IMG/VR virus record: IMGVR_UViG_3300021171_000005
Location: 1 to 64,000 of that record
Strand: one strand, 5' to 3'
From: a virus
Length of the DNA: 64,000 nucleotides
Positions 27,063-36,290 of this stretch are shown in pieces. The translations under genes were made by a program, and so were the position numbers. Under the pieces are notes generated by a model. That model did no database searches, was not told the DNA's origin, and worked only from the letters and a program-made list of their open reading frames with translations. The stretch's first letter is position 1. Each line of letters starts with the position of its first letter.

Positions 27063-28163
27063 ATGAAGAAACTATTGTTATTCGTTCTCTTGATTCCGGG
27101 CCTAGGTTGCTATCATAAAGTTGCGCGGCCCGTTGTCAATGTCCCTCCGGGTCTTATCGAAGCACCGCAAGGATTTGATACCCTAACCAACGGTTTTGTC
27201 AGCCAGCAGCGGCATGATGACGACCGTGATCAGTTCGAAGAAGATGCTGTTCTTCCCCAGCTCGGCCCCGCTTACAATGCCCGAGCCTGCGCGGATTGCC
27301 ACGATACCCCGATTAGCGGGGCGGGCAGCCAAGTTTTCGAACACAGAATTGCCCCCGACGATAAGGATGATCCTATTGCGGCGGCTACACTTGTCCATGA
27401 CCGGACAACTGACCCCGAAGCCCAGCAGAAATCCGTATTTGATGCAATTAATGCTCTCCGGCCTTCTCTGAGTTTGATGGGTGATGGATTCGTCGAAGCT
27501 GTTCCGGATGCTGAGTTAATCGCAATTGCGGGGCAAAATGGCGGGCAATTCATTATGGTGCCCGTTCTTGAATCACCCGGAACGGTTCATGTGGGCCGAT
27601 TTGGAGTTAAAGATCAGCACGCGAGTCTTCTTAGTTTTGCGGGGGACGCGGATTTCAACGAAAAGGGCGTGGAAAATCGCCTCGTGAAAGCCACCACAAA
27701 TAGCAACGGAATCGAAGATCAGGAACCGACTTGCGGGGACGGCGGGGAAGATATCGATTGCTACGCCCGATTCATGCGGGCGTTGAAGGCCCCTTCGCGG
27801 GGACCATTGACCGCGCAAACCGCGCTTGGCGAGAAGATATTCGATGGCATTGGCTGCGTTAATTGCCATGTCGATACATTGTTTACTCCGAAGTATGTAT
27901 TTCATCCCTTTGGAGATTATCTCTTGCACGATGTCGGTACGGGCGATGGAATTCAACAGGGTGATGCTCCTGCCAACAAAGTTCGCACGGCTCCTTTGTG
28001 GGGATTGCGGGCTCGGGCAAGATTCCTTCATGATGGCCGGGCGTTTGACTTGCAGACCGCAATCGCCGCGCACGGTAACGAAGCCTCTTCGGCAAGTAGC
28101 AATTTTAAACAGCTTGACCCCACCGGAAAGCAGGCTCTGCTGGCGTTTCTGAATTCTTTGTAG
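27063..28163 (+). CDS. di-heme oxidoreductase (DHOR-family) lipoprotein
   Basis: Lipobox LGC; CADCH and CVNCH heme-c motifs; LGP.YN, GRFG.K, RTAPLWGL, FLHDGRA. Confidence 0.9.
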   Translation: MKKLLLFVLLIPGLGCYHKVARPVVNVPPGLIEAPQGFDTLTNGFVSQQRHDDDRDQFEEDAVLPQLGPAYNARACADCHDTPISGAGSQVFEHRIAPDDKDDPIAAATLVHDRTTDPEAQQKSVFDAINALRPSLSLMGDGFVEAVPDAELIAIAGQNGGQFIMVPVLESPGTVHVGRFGVKDQHASLLSFAGDADFNEKGVENRLVKATTNSNGIEDQEPTCGDGGEDIDCYARFMRALKAPSRGPLTAQTALGEKIFDGIGCVNCHVDTLFTPKYVFHPFGDYLLHDVGTGDGIQQGDAPANKVRTAPLWGLRARARFLHDGRAFDLQTAIAAHGNEASSASSNFKQLDPTGKQALLAFLNSL

Positions 28164-28164
28164 A

Positions 28165-28359
28165 TTGCGTGCTACTTCGTCTATGATTTTGGATGTTGTT
28201 CTGGCTAAGATATTTACGGGGCTGGCGATATTATCTGTCCTATTTTGCGTGGCGTCGGCCTTCGAAGGAAATATCGATCATTTCTTTTATGGCATGTGTG
28301 GTATTGTAGTATTCGCGAATATCGCAACTGTGTATATTAAGAAACTATTGAAGGAATAA
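28165..28359 (+). CDS. 2-TM membrane protein
   Basis: Two hydrophobic segments. Confidence 0.5.
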   Translation: MRATSSMILDVVLAKIFTGLAILSVLFCVASAFEGNIDHFFYGMCGIVVFANIATVYIKKLLKE

Positions 28360-28629
28360 ATGGCGCGGCCTAAAGGATCAAAGAACAAGCCCCGTCCGGA
28401 AGTGGACAAACTGACCCGTCCATTTTCTGAAACAATAAACAATCGATTAACTCGTGACTCAGAATTTGCCCGAGAATACCTTTTAGAACTCGGATGGCGT
28501 GAAAGAAATATTTCCTCGCCGTGGCGTTGGTATCAGAAAAATCTTCCCGCAGCGCACTATACCTTAAAAGATGCGGTTAGTTTAGAGAATTCTCGTGGCC
28601 GAACTCATAGAGTTTTACGTTCCGCGTAG
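28360..28629 (+). CDS. small basic protein with an N-terminal RPKGSKNK (AT-hook-like) motif
   Basis: SD AAGGA; MARPKGSKNK. Confidence 0.6.
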   Translation: MARPKGSKNKPRPEVDKLTRPFSETINNRLTRDSEFAREYLLELGWRERNISSPWRWYQKNLPAAHYTLKDAVSLENSRGRTHRVLRSA

Positions 28630-28798
28630 GCATAAACCGTTACGTAAGTATGTTCCCGAAGCTATGCGGGGAAAAATCCTAGAATTCAAAAAGCCCACAC
28701 CAACTATTGCCGGAATCTTCCACGGTATTCTTGCACCAGATAGGCGACGATTCTCTGATGATAAAATTTGAGTCGCAATTTGCGACTTCAAAGGTATT

Positions 28799-29053
28799 AT
28801 GGCTCTTTTAACAGTTAACTCGAATGTTCCAATGAGCTACGACGACCCCTTGATTAGTTTTAGGGTGCGCGGCGATGAAGTAGCTGCGTTGTATCCTGAC
28901 GGAACTATCATTACTCAGGGAGACAACGTATCTGACCGTTCGATTGCAACACAATATTTGACTCAAGCCTACGTGCCTACAACCCCCGGCGGAGCCCCAA
29001 GCACGCCTGTAGGTAGCGGTCTGGGCGGCCCCGTAGACGGCGGCTCTTTTTAG
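28799..29053 (+). CDS. small virion protein ending in DGGSF
   Basis: C-terminal DGG.F shared with the next gene. Confidence 0.6.
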   Translation: MALLTVNSNVPMSYDDPLISFRVRGDEVAALYPDGTIITQGDNVSDRSIATQYLTQAYVPTTPGGAPSTPVGSGLGGPVDGGSF

Positions 29054-29071
29054 CTTTCCTAAGGATTAGTA

Positions 29072-29863
29072 ATGCCAACAATTCAAGTAAAACGCGGCCT
29101 TGCCGCGAACTTGCCCGCTTCTGGCGCGGCAGGTGAACCAATATTCACTACAGACGACCAGATTCTTCATTTTGGAACTGGCGCGGCTGTCGTTCCTCTC
29201 AAAATCGCAGCGGCCAATGTCTCCGGGCTCGTAAATGGCGGTACTGAGCCGGTAAATGCGCAGGTAGGCACTTCTTATACGGTTGTAGCTGGCGATGCTG
29301 GAAAACTCGTCACCCTGAGTAATGCTTCGGCTGTTGCCGTTACCGTTCCATCGGGAGTATTCACTTCTGGACAATTCGTTGATTTCCAGAATAAAGGCGT
29401 AGGCGATGTAACAATTACGCCGACGAGTGCCACTATTAATGGCACGGCGAATTTCGTTATCCACACCAATCAGGGTGTGCGGGCAGTATTTGACGGGTCG
29501 AATTTTCAGGTTGCGCTTGATCGGGGACCGGTAGCTTCCAACGCTCCCGCCAATCAATTCGCCGTCTCAATGGGTGCGGACGGAGTAGTTGGGTACGCGC
29601 AGCCAGCCTTTAGCAATTTGTCTGGGGCCGCGACCGTAGGACAGATTCCCAATCTCCCGGCAACTCAAATTACCTCAGGTACTTTGGCTGTTGGCGTGGG
29701 CGGCACGGGTGCGAGTCTTTCCGCAACTGGCGGGGCCTCGCAAGTTCTTAAACAGACCTCCGTTGGTGGAGCAATAACTGTCGCCCAGCTAGCTTTTACT
29801 GATATCTCCGGAACTCTAGGAACCGCGCAACTCCCCGCAACAATAGATGGGGGTACGTTCTAA
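29072..29863 (+). CDS. fibre protein with an Mtd_N-like N-terminal domain
   Basis: IQVKRG..ANLP...GE..FTTD...L.FG; ends DGGTF. Confidence 0.75.
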   Translation: MPTIQVKRGLAANLPASGAAGEPIFTTDDQILHFGTGAAVVPLKIAAANVSGLVNGGTEPVNAQVGTSYTVVAGDAGKLVTLSNASAVAVTVPSGVFTSGQFVDFQNKGVGDVTITPTSATINGTANFVIHTNQGVRAVFDGSNFQVALDRGPVASNAPANQFAVSMGADGVVGYAQPAFSNLSGAATVGQIPNLPATQITSGTLAVGVGGTGASLSATGGASQVLKQTSVGGAITVAQLAFTDISGTLGTAQLPATIDGGTF

Positions 29864-29865
29864 GT

Positions 29866-30387
29866 GTGGCGATTCAAATATTAGTAAAACGCGGTGTAGA
29901 CGCAAATCGCCCGGTTTTATCAGATGGCGAATTCTATTTCGCGACGAACACCAAGAGACTGTTCACGGGATCGGTTCCAAACAAAATTCCGGTAGTTGCG
30001 GCGGAAGTAGATTTAACCGCGCAAGCAGCCGCGATCACGGCAACTACGATTTTAACACCGTCAGCGACGGGTCGATTCCGTATTAATGTTTATCTAAAAG
30101 TCACGCGAGCCGCTACAACTTCAAGCACATTGGGCGGTGCGACTGGCGTGGTAATTACCTACACAGATGGTACTGATTCTGTTGCGCAAAGTCTTACATG
30201 TGCTTTGGCGACACAAGCCGGAGCAATTGCAACCACCAACGCGGGAAACACAACCGCCTCAAAACTGGTTGGATCGGTGGTTATCTACGCTTTAACCGGT
30301 GTAGCAATTCAATACGCGATAGGTTATACATCTTCCGGAACCACCACAATGCAATTTGAAGCACATTTGTCTTGCGAGGCAATGTAA
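29866..30387 (+). CDS. fibre/decoration protein: Mtd_N-like N-terminus plus shared VDLTAQ C-terminal domain
   Basis: ILVKRG...GEFYFAT; C-terminal domain shared with 33951, 54365 and 55684. Confidence 0.75.
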   Translation: MAIQILVKRGVDANRPVLSDGEFYFATNTKRLFTGSVPNKIPVVAAEVDLTAQAAAITATTILTPSATGRFRINVYLKVTRAATTSSTLGGATGVVITYTDGTDSVAQSLTCALATQAGAIATTNAGNTTASKLVGSVVIYALTGVAIQYAIGYTSSGTTTMQFEAHLSCEAM

Positions 30388-30423
30388 ACGAGTCTACTGG
30401 CCAATCCCTCAGACTAGGAGATC

Positions 30424-31137
30424 GTGTTGATTAATATAGATTGTGTGAACGCAAGTACAGAAGCCAGCGATCAGATGATTAAATGGCTGACCGCCGCACT
30501 TCAGATTCAGGTAAATAGAGATTTTGCCCCCATTTGGGGATTTGGAGCGAATTTGTTTTTCGTTCCAAAAGGCGGGGCGACGAATCCCGCACATTGGCAG
30601 CTAGTATATCTGGACAATGCTGATGTTTCCGGAGCGCTCGGATATCACGATTTGACCGCATCGGGTTTGCCGCTAGGAAAAGTATTCATCCGCACCACGG
30701 AACTAGCCGGGGATGCGTGGTCAGTAACGGCCTCGCATGAATTGCTGGAAATGCTTGTCGATCCTTGGATAGATACAGCGGTCATTCTTTTGAATAACGA
30801 TGGGTCCGGCACGGCTTACGGATACGAAGTCGGCGATCCGGTTGAAACAGATTCTCTTGGCTACGTCATCAACGATTTCAAGATGTCCGATTTCATTACT
30901 CCTGATTGGTTCAACCCTCCGACACTGATTCCGGGTGGCAAATTTGATTTCATGGGGCATGTTACGGCTCCGCTTCAAATTTTGCCGGGCGGATACGCTG
31001 GAGTATTAAACATCGGTAGTAGCGGCGGATGGACCCAAATATTCGGGGACGGGACCACTACCACCAATGTTCCTAAGGGCTCCCGACGAGAACTTCGTAC
31101 TAAACCTCACGCACAACGAGTTCGCAGCAAAGTTTAA
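30424..31137 (+). CDS. zinc metallopeptidase-like protein
   Basis: GALGYH, ASHELLEMLVDP, EVGDPVE, SDF..P.WF. Confidence 0.75.
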   Translation: MLINIDCVNASTEASDQMIKWLTAALQIQVNRDFAPIWGFGANLFFVPKGGATNPAHWQLVYLDNADVSGALGYHDLTASGLPLGKVFIRTTELAGDAWSVTASHELLEMLVDPWIDTAVILLNNDGSGTAYGYEVGDPVETDSLGYVINDFKMSDFITPDWFNPPTLIPGGKFDFMGHVTAPLQILPGGYAGVLNIGSSGGWTQIFGDGTTTTNVPKGSRRELRTKPHAQRVRSKV

Positions 31138-31140
31138 GGT

Positions 31141-31375
31141 TTGATGTTCCAAGGAACGATAAGAGGTTCGGATTAACTTCTTGTCCGGAACTGGACATCG
31201 CAGTCGGGTCGCTCCCGGCAAACCCCGCGTTCTGGGGGTTTACAGAACAAAGAATCGTCTTAGCGGATGATTCTGCGTGCTGGTGGATGACTGGCCGTCG
31301 GATATCAGCATCGGATTTCGGCTCTGTCCAAGCCGCGTCCGAGAAGCCTGATCAATCTTCTCGGACTCCGAGTTT
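31141..31375 (+). ncRNA. highly structured intergenic RNA candidate
   Basis: At least 8 contiguous hairpins, one with a CGGATT loop. Confidence 0.5.
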
Positions 31376-31387
31376 TAGGTGAATCAA

Positions 31388-31489
31388 ATGTGGGTTCGTG
31401 CCTGCCCGATTTGCCGTGTAATTTTATGCAAGAAAACCCTTCAGGAAATCCTCTACTGCATATGCGGAAAATTCGTGTGGGGCCGGTAG
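31388..31489 (+). CDS. 33-aa Zn-ribbon micro-protein (MWVRACPIC...CICG...)
   Basis: SD AGGTG; manual translation. Confidence 0.5.
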   Translation: MWVRACPICRVILCKKTLQEILYCICGKFVWGR

Positions 31490-31585
31490 AGGAAATTATC
31501 GCTGAATTGCCCGCCATTCCTCCAATCACATTGGAGTTTTGCATATTTTTACAATCCAATTTTGACGAAATCATAAAAGACTTAC

Positions 31586-32146
31586 ATGACGACAAAGACC
31601 TGCACACATCCTAATTGCAACCGACCGTTCTATGCTAAGAATTCTTGTAAATATCACTATTACGCCAGCCGCAAAACGGATGATGTAAAATTAAAACAAC
31701 AAGAATACCAAGCACAATATTACCAAGATAATAAGGAAAGGATTCGAGACCGGAATCTTGAACATAGAGACCAACGCCTTCAGTATCTAAAGGAGTGGAG
31801 GCTGGCTAATCCCGATATGTACCGACATTATCGTATGACCAATCCTGAACGGTTTATTGAAACTAGTCGTAAACAGAATTATGCCAAGTATGGCATTACA
31901 TATGAAGAAAAACTTCAAAGAATAGAACTTCAAGGAAGCAAATGCGCCATTTGTGGGGTAAGCGAACCCGGCGGCAAGCACGGACAGTGGGTTACTGATC
32001 ACGACCACGCTACAAATTGTCTAAGAGCTGAATTATGCAATAGTTGCAACTTAATGCTAGGATTAAGTAAAGATAATCCAGAAATCCTAAAACAGGCAGC
32101 TAAATATTTAGAATCTTGGTCGCAATCTAAAAAGGGTGCGGCATGA
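31586..32146 (+). CDS. endonuclease VII-like homing endonuclease
   Basis: YGIT...Q..KCAIC...DHDH...RA.LC.SCN..LG..KDN. Confidence 0.9.
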   Translation: MTTKTCTHPNCNRPFYAKNSCKYHYYASRKTDDVKLKQQEYQAQYYQDNKERIRDRNLEHRDQRLQYLKEWRLANPDMYRHYRMTNPERFIETSRKQNYAKYGITYEEKLQRIELQGSKCAICGVSEPGGKHGQWVTDHDHATNCLRAELCNSCNLMLGLSKDNPEILKQAAKYLESWSQSKKGAA

Positions 32147-32727
32147 CCAAAGCCCGCTGGGAAACGTATAACGACGAGATTCTGGGCAAGGACACGCCAG
32201 AGATGGAAGCGGCGATGGCCGCATATGCCCGGAATCGGCATGAAACCAGCAGTGAGCAAAATAAAGAAGAATTAGCTCGCTGGAAAGAGGGCAATGCCGC
32301 AATCGCTTCGCAGTATCAGTGGGTTAAACCCGAAGAATACGCCGATATGGGACCGCGCGTCGGGCGCATTCTAACCTATGACCAGTTCATTAACATTCTG
32401 CGCGAGAAGTGCAAGTTGACATGTTTTTATCGAGAGATGGGGCACCCCCAGAAACTCGCCCTGTGGGTCCAGAAGAATGGAATGACCGAACCACAAGTTG
32501 CTTGCTGGGTGCAAAGACCCTACATGATCGAGTTCGAAGTAATGCGCTTTGATGATAAGGGTGTTCCGCTGGATAGCCGGTATAGGGGGTGGCGCACTTG
32601 TTTGTTGCAAATGAGAATGAAAGAAATGTTGACCGAACAACAAATTAACAAGGCATTCGGCTCTGCCACCGGCCCCGCATCTGAACGATATAACATGACA
32701 ATGAAAAGCTTACGGAACAATTTCTAA
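32143..32727 (+). CDS. hypothetical protein
   Basis: 194-aa ORF with coupled starts; RGWR motif. Confidence 0.7.
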   Translation: MTKARWETYNDEILGKDTPEMEAAMAAYARNRHETSSEQNKEELARWKEGNAAIASQYQWVKPEEYADMGPRVGRILTYDQFINILREKCKLTCFYREMGHPQKLALWVQKNGMTEPQVACWVQRPYMIEFEVMRFDDKGVPLDSRYRGWRTCLLQMRMKEMLTEQQINKAFGSATGPASERYNMTMKSLRNNF

Positions 32728-32993
32728 TGCAATACCAAACTCAAGATTCGCGGTTGGCTGCCTTTTTCCTGACAAATGGTATTCCATTCTCGGGGACAGA
32801 ACTCCGTTATCAGGATGAAGATGATCGCGTGTTGTTGAATTTTACCATCACTGATCAGGACAAATTCGCGCAGCTTAAGCGAGATTTCTTCGAGAATGGC
32901 ACGGTTCCGGCATTGCTGTTCGCCAACAATCTTAAGTTTATTATGCACGCAATCCGCGAGGCCCGCGAATTGGCAAGACTTTCTGTTCGATAA
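32727..32993 (+). CDS. DUF5659-like protein
   Basis: Y.T.D..LAAF...G pattern. Confidence 0.6.
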   Translation: MQYQTQDSRLAAFFLTNGIPFSGTELRYQDEDDRVLLNFTITDQDKFAQLKRDFFENGTVPALLFANNLKFIMHAIREARELARLSVR

Positions 32994-33024
32994 AGAACCT
33001 TACCTCAAACCTTAATAGGATTAT

Positions 33025-33624
33025 ATGACTGACGAAGTGAAAGCAAAACAAAAGACTAAAGCACAGTTATTGGCAGCAGATGTTGATTCGTTGACCACAG
33101 AAGAACTCGAACGACGTAAATTGTTCATTACGTTGGATAAAGAAGAAGCCGACTCGCAGGATATTCGCGAACGCCTCGCAGAGCGCGACAATAAACGCAC
33201 GATGCGTTTTGAAGGGTATAAATCCAAAGGCCGCGAGCTGAAGAAAATGGTCGCGGACCAGACAGTTCAGCAGGCCAATTGCAGCCATCGTAAGGGCGGT
33301 CGTGGTCTAGAAGCCCTGCAACGCGGGGGCACTGATAGCGATTACGCGGTTATCCGCCATCTGCTTCCTACCAATGAGATTTGGCAGCGCTGTCAGCGGT
33401 GCGGAAAGACATGGCGTCCCCCAAATCAACTCGATTATGCAATGGATGCATCGGAAGGTCGCTTGGCATTTGAATCCGATATGCGAGCCTACAAAGAGGC
33501 CATTGGCTGGCCGACCGACAATATTATGAGTACTGGTATCACCTTCCAGCACCACAGCGAGGACAACGATGTTCGGGCGAAGCAATTTGTTCACGATGTC
33601 ATGAAAGATACCAATCTTCGTTAA
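33025..33624 (+). CDS. coiled-coil plus Zn-finger protein
   Basis: CSH...CQRCGK. Confidence 0.7.
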   Translation: MTDEVKAKQKTKAQLLAADVDSLTTEELERRKLFITLDKEEADSQDIRERLAERDNKRTMRFEGYKSKGRELKKMVADQTVQQANCSHRKGGRGLEALQRGGTDSDYAVIRHLLPTNEIWQRCQRCGKTWRPPNQLDYAMDASEGRLAFESDMRAYKEAIGWPTDNIMSTGITFQHHSEDNDVRAKQFVHDVMKDTNLR

Positions 33625-33950
33625 TGCCTAATCAGCAACTCTATCCTCAAACCACATATCCCCTCACTGGAGATATTCAGAGTACGCCCGGTCTGCCGAC
33701 GGTAACGGTTACGGGGATTCAAACAATCCCCGTTTCCCCTACAACTCCAACTGATCAGCAAGTTCTTATATTCCAGCAAGCGTTACTGCAATACGTCCCC
33801 AGTAATATATTTACTAATAAAAGCATTCAAATAAACGGCGCTCCGGTGAGCGACGATTACGATTTCTATGTGAATTTCTATGATACTAGGATTCAAGTTA
33901 ATTCAACAAATCCACCCAATGGAAAACCAGTATTGGTCAACGGAGCGTAA
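33624..33950 (+). CDS. short fibre-like virion protein
   Basis: LTGDI..T...VTGIQ..PVS...PTD.QVL. Confidence 0.6.
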   Translation: MPNQQLYPQTTYPLTGDIQSTPGLPTVTVTGIQTIPVSPTTPTDQQVLIFQQALLQYVPSNIFTNKSIQINGAPVSDDYDFYVNFYDTRIQVNSTNPPNGKPVLVNGA

Positions 33951-34424
33951 ATGAGCGTCAATCTTAATAATACTACGCCAGCAGCTCCGGGTGGTGGTAC
34001 TAATGTATCGTGGCAAGTTGACGGCTCAGGCAATATTAGTGCTTATACCTCGACGGCGGCTTCAGTTGCAACAGAGGTTGATTTAACCGCACAGACTGCG
34101 AATATTTCTGCAACAACTCTGGTAACTCCCGGTTCTGCGGGATTCTATCGTGTATCGGTATACAGCATCGTAACTACGGCTGATGGCGCGTCCTCGACTC
34201 TTCCTAAAACCACTATTACATGGACAGACGCGCATAATACAACTGCGCAGACTTTCGATGTGACTCCAACTAATGCTGGAAATACTCTTACTACTTTTCA
34301 GCAAGGTTCGATGCAATTAAATTCTGTATCTGGCACAGCGATTAAATACGCAACTTCTGGGTATGCCTCCGGAACTCCGGCGACGATGCAATACGCATTG
34401 CGCATCACCTTGGAGAAAATCTGA
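33951..34424 (+). CDS. virion protein with the shared VDLTAQ domain
   Basis: See 29866. Confidence 0.7.
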   Translation: MSVNLNNTTPAAPGGGTNVSWQVDGSGNISAYTSTAASVATEVDLTAQTANISATTLVTPGSAGFYRVSVYSIVTTADGASSTLPKTTITWTDAHNTTAQTFDVTPTNAGNTLTTFQQGSMQLNSVSGTAIKYATSGYASGTPATMQYALRITLEKI

Positions 34425-35524
34425 TGGCGTTAATTAACAACGGCAGTACAGTTTCTCTTCAGCAGGTCGTCGATAATGCCTTGGCTAACGGCGATACCGC
34501 ACCTGCATTGGCCACGGGTGGTTACTCAGATCAACCAGCCCTGCAAATTGCAAACACCGTGTTGTCTGAAATGATCAACGGAGGTCCCGGAACCCAGCCA
34601 TATAATTGGAAATGGAATAGAGTTAATATCACTCCGTTTTTCACCAATAGCTGGCAGCAGGATTATTTCATTCCGGGTTTGGTAGGAATCTCGTGGCTTG
34701 AGAGCTGTTACGCGAACGAATTTAATCTCACTTCTCAACCAAAACCTAAGATTCCGATGGAAGCCCGCAAGGATTTGATTGCCACGTACGTTCAATACGG
34801 ATGGCCTTCGAAGATTGCGGCACTTCCAAATAAATTATTGTTTACAGGAACATGGGGGGCGACGGAACTGGCAACTCCGACTGGACAAAATAATCCCGGC
34901 CCCGGCGTTGTCATTACAAATCCGGCGGGGCAGCCCGCAATGCCACTTAATCCTATTACTCAAGTACAGGATTCCTTCGGCAATTTGTGGGTAGTTACCA
35001 CGTACGGCACTTGCGGAAATACTAATCCATTTCTGACAAATCAGAACCCAAGCAATCAGTATCCGACGCTCCAAAATCCCACAACTTCCGCCGTAACAGT
35101 AAATGATGGAAGTGTGGTTTGGACCGCTATTAATCCCAATGGACAGGGATTTCGCTTGAGTCCAATTCCTCCGCAGCAAGGACAGGTTTGGCAAATAAAC
35201 CCCCTTGCTCAGATGAGTTTTCAGAGATTTACTGCTTTAACGCAAACCATTGATCCCATCCCCGATGCCTATAGCCAATATTTCATGGATGGGTTTCTTG
35301 CCCAATGCTATCGGCGTCATCCCGATGCCAAGGTGCGAGCAAGATTCAATGACGAATACAAATTGTGGCTGACCAGCCTCGACGCCGCCGTGAAACAGGC
35401 CGATAGAGAATTGGATGATTACGGTTTCTATCCCGGAAGTAGCTGTATGGACGGCGGAGGACTAGGGGGCTGGTTCGGACCGAGCTGGCCGTTCTCGGGT
35501 CCACCATTTGGTAGTGCTTATTAA
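34424..35524 (+). CDS. head-tail adaptor-like protein with an inserted carbohydrate-binding-like module
   Basis: P.NWKWNR...QQDY...W.E...PIPD.YS shared with 37699. Confidence 0.7.
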   Translation: MALINNGSTVSLQQVVDNALANGDTAPALATGGYSDQPALQIANTVLSEMINGGPGTQPYNWKWNRVNITPFFTNSWQQDYFIPGLVGISWLESCYANEFNLTSQPKPKIPMEARKDLIATYVQYGWPSKIAALPNKLLFTGTWGATELATPTGQNNPGPGVVITNPAGQPAMPLNPITQVQDSFGNLWVVTTYGTCGNTNPFLTNQNPSNQYPTLQNPTTSAVTVNDGSVVWTAINPNGQGFRLSPIPPQQGQVWQINPLAQMSFQRFTALTQTIDPIPDAYSQYFMDGFLAQCYRRHPDAKVRARFNDEYKLWLTSLDAAVKQADRELDDYGFYPGSSCMDGGGLGGWFGPSWPFSGPPFGSAY

Positions 35525-35544
35525 TTGACCACAATATATTGTTG

Positions 35545-35573
35545 TTGTTAAGAACATATAAATGGTGTATAAT
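35545..35573 (+). promoter_or_regulatory. sigma70-type promoter TTGTTA-17-TATAAT for the EndoVII gene
   Basis: ATG 35586 lies 12 nt downstream. Confidence 0.7.
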
Positions 35574-35585
35574 ATAGAGTATTAT

Positions 35586-36143
35586 ATGCCTGCTTCAAGA
35601 ACACATTGTAAACGCGGACACGAATTAACCGAAGATAATGTCTATTACGCAATTGAAAATGGTCGCAGGCGCAGACGATGCAAGCAATGTGAATTGAATC
35701 GTCGTCAAACCGACCGAGCCAAAGCAGTAAAGAAAGCGGGTCGCCCACCCTACGATCCAAGTAAATATCAAAAATGGTACGCCGCAAATGCCGAAGTTGC
35801 CAAACAAAGGCAACGCGACGCACGGAAGAACAACCCCGATCAATTTCGTGGGTATGAATATAAAAAGAGATTTGGCATAACGCTCGAAGAATACAATAAA
35901 ATGCTTGCCGATCAGAATAATCGGTGTAAAGCATGTAAAACCGATGAACCGGGTGGCAAATACAATCGATTCATGGTTGATCATGATCATTCCTGTTGTC
36001 CCGGAAGAAAATGCTGCGGAAAATGTATTCGTGGTCTTCTTTGCCATTCGTGCAATTTGACATTAGGAAACGCCCTAGATAATCCAAAGCGTCTAGCTAA
36101 TCTTGCAAAGTATATTAGAGATTTTAGGGCACCTTCTCAATAA
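35586..36143 (+). CDS. endonuclease VII-like homing endonuclease
   Basis: THCKRGH, FGIT.EEY, DHDH.CC, RGLLC..CN. Confidence 0.9.
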   Translation: MPASRTHCKRGHELTEDNVYYAIENGRRRRRCKQCELNRRQTDRAKAVKKAGRPPYDPSKYQKWYAANAEVAKQRQRDARKNNPDQFRGYEYKKRFGITLEEYNKMLADQNNRCKACKTDEPGGKYNRFMVDHDHSCCPGRKCCGKCIRGLLCHSCNLTLGNALDNPKRLANLAKYIRDFRAPSQ

Positions 36144-36147
36144 CTTC

Positions 36148-36290
36148 GTCGCGGCAGTAGACCTTCCAATAAATCCTATGCGGGGCCAGTAGGCGGAATT
36201 CCTTCTACCTACTGCTTGCGATTGGCCCTATTAATCCTTCGTCTGCTCGGCAGGCGTAATCCCCACCCTACTCTGACTTAAAGGATTAAA
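36148..36290 (+). promoter_or_regulatory. switch-like structured leader with an anti-SD helix
   Basis: TTAATCCTT (36231-39) is the exact complement of AAGGATTAA (36281-89); mutually exclusive upstream pairings. Confidence 0.55.

Noticed and set aside
28771-28787. Inverted repeat AGTCGCAA-T-TTGCGACT before 28799
   Set aside because: Single copy and unrelated to the main motifs; insufficient support
31141-32146. Group I intron carrying the EndoVII gene
   Set aside because: Flanking genes are complete, no 3' intron segment follows the ORF, and no P7 core was recognised
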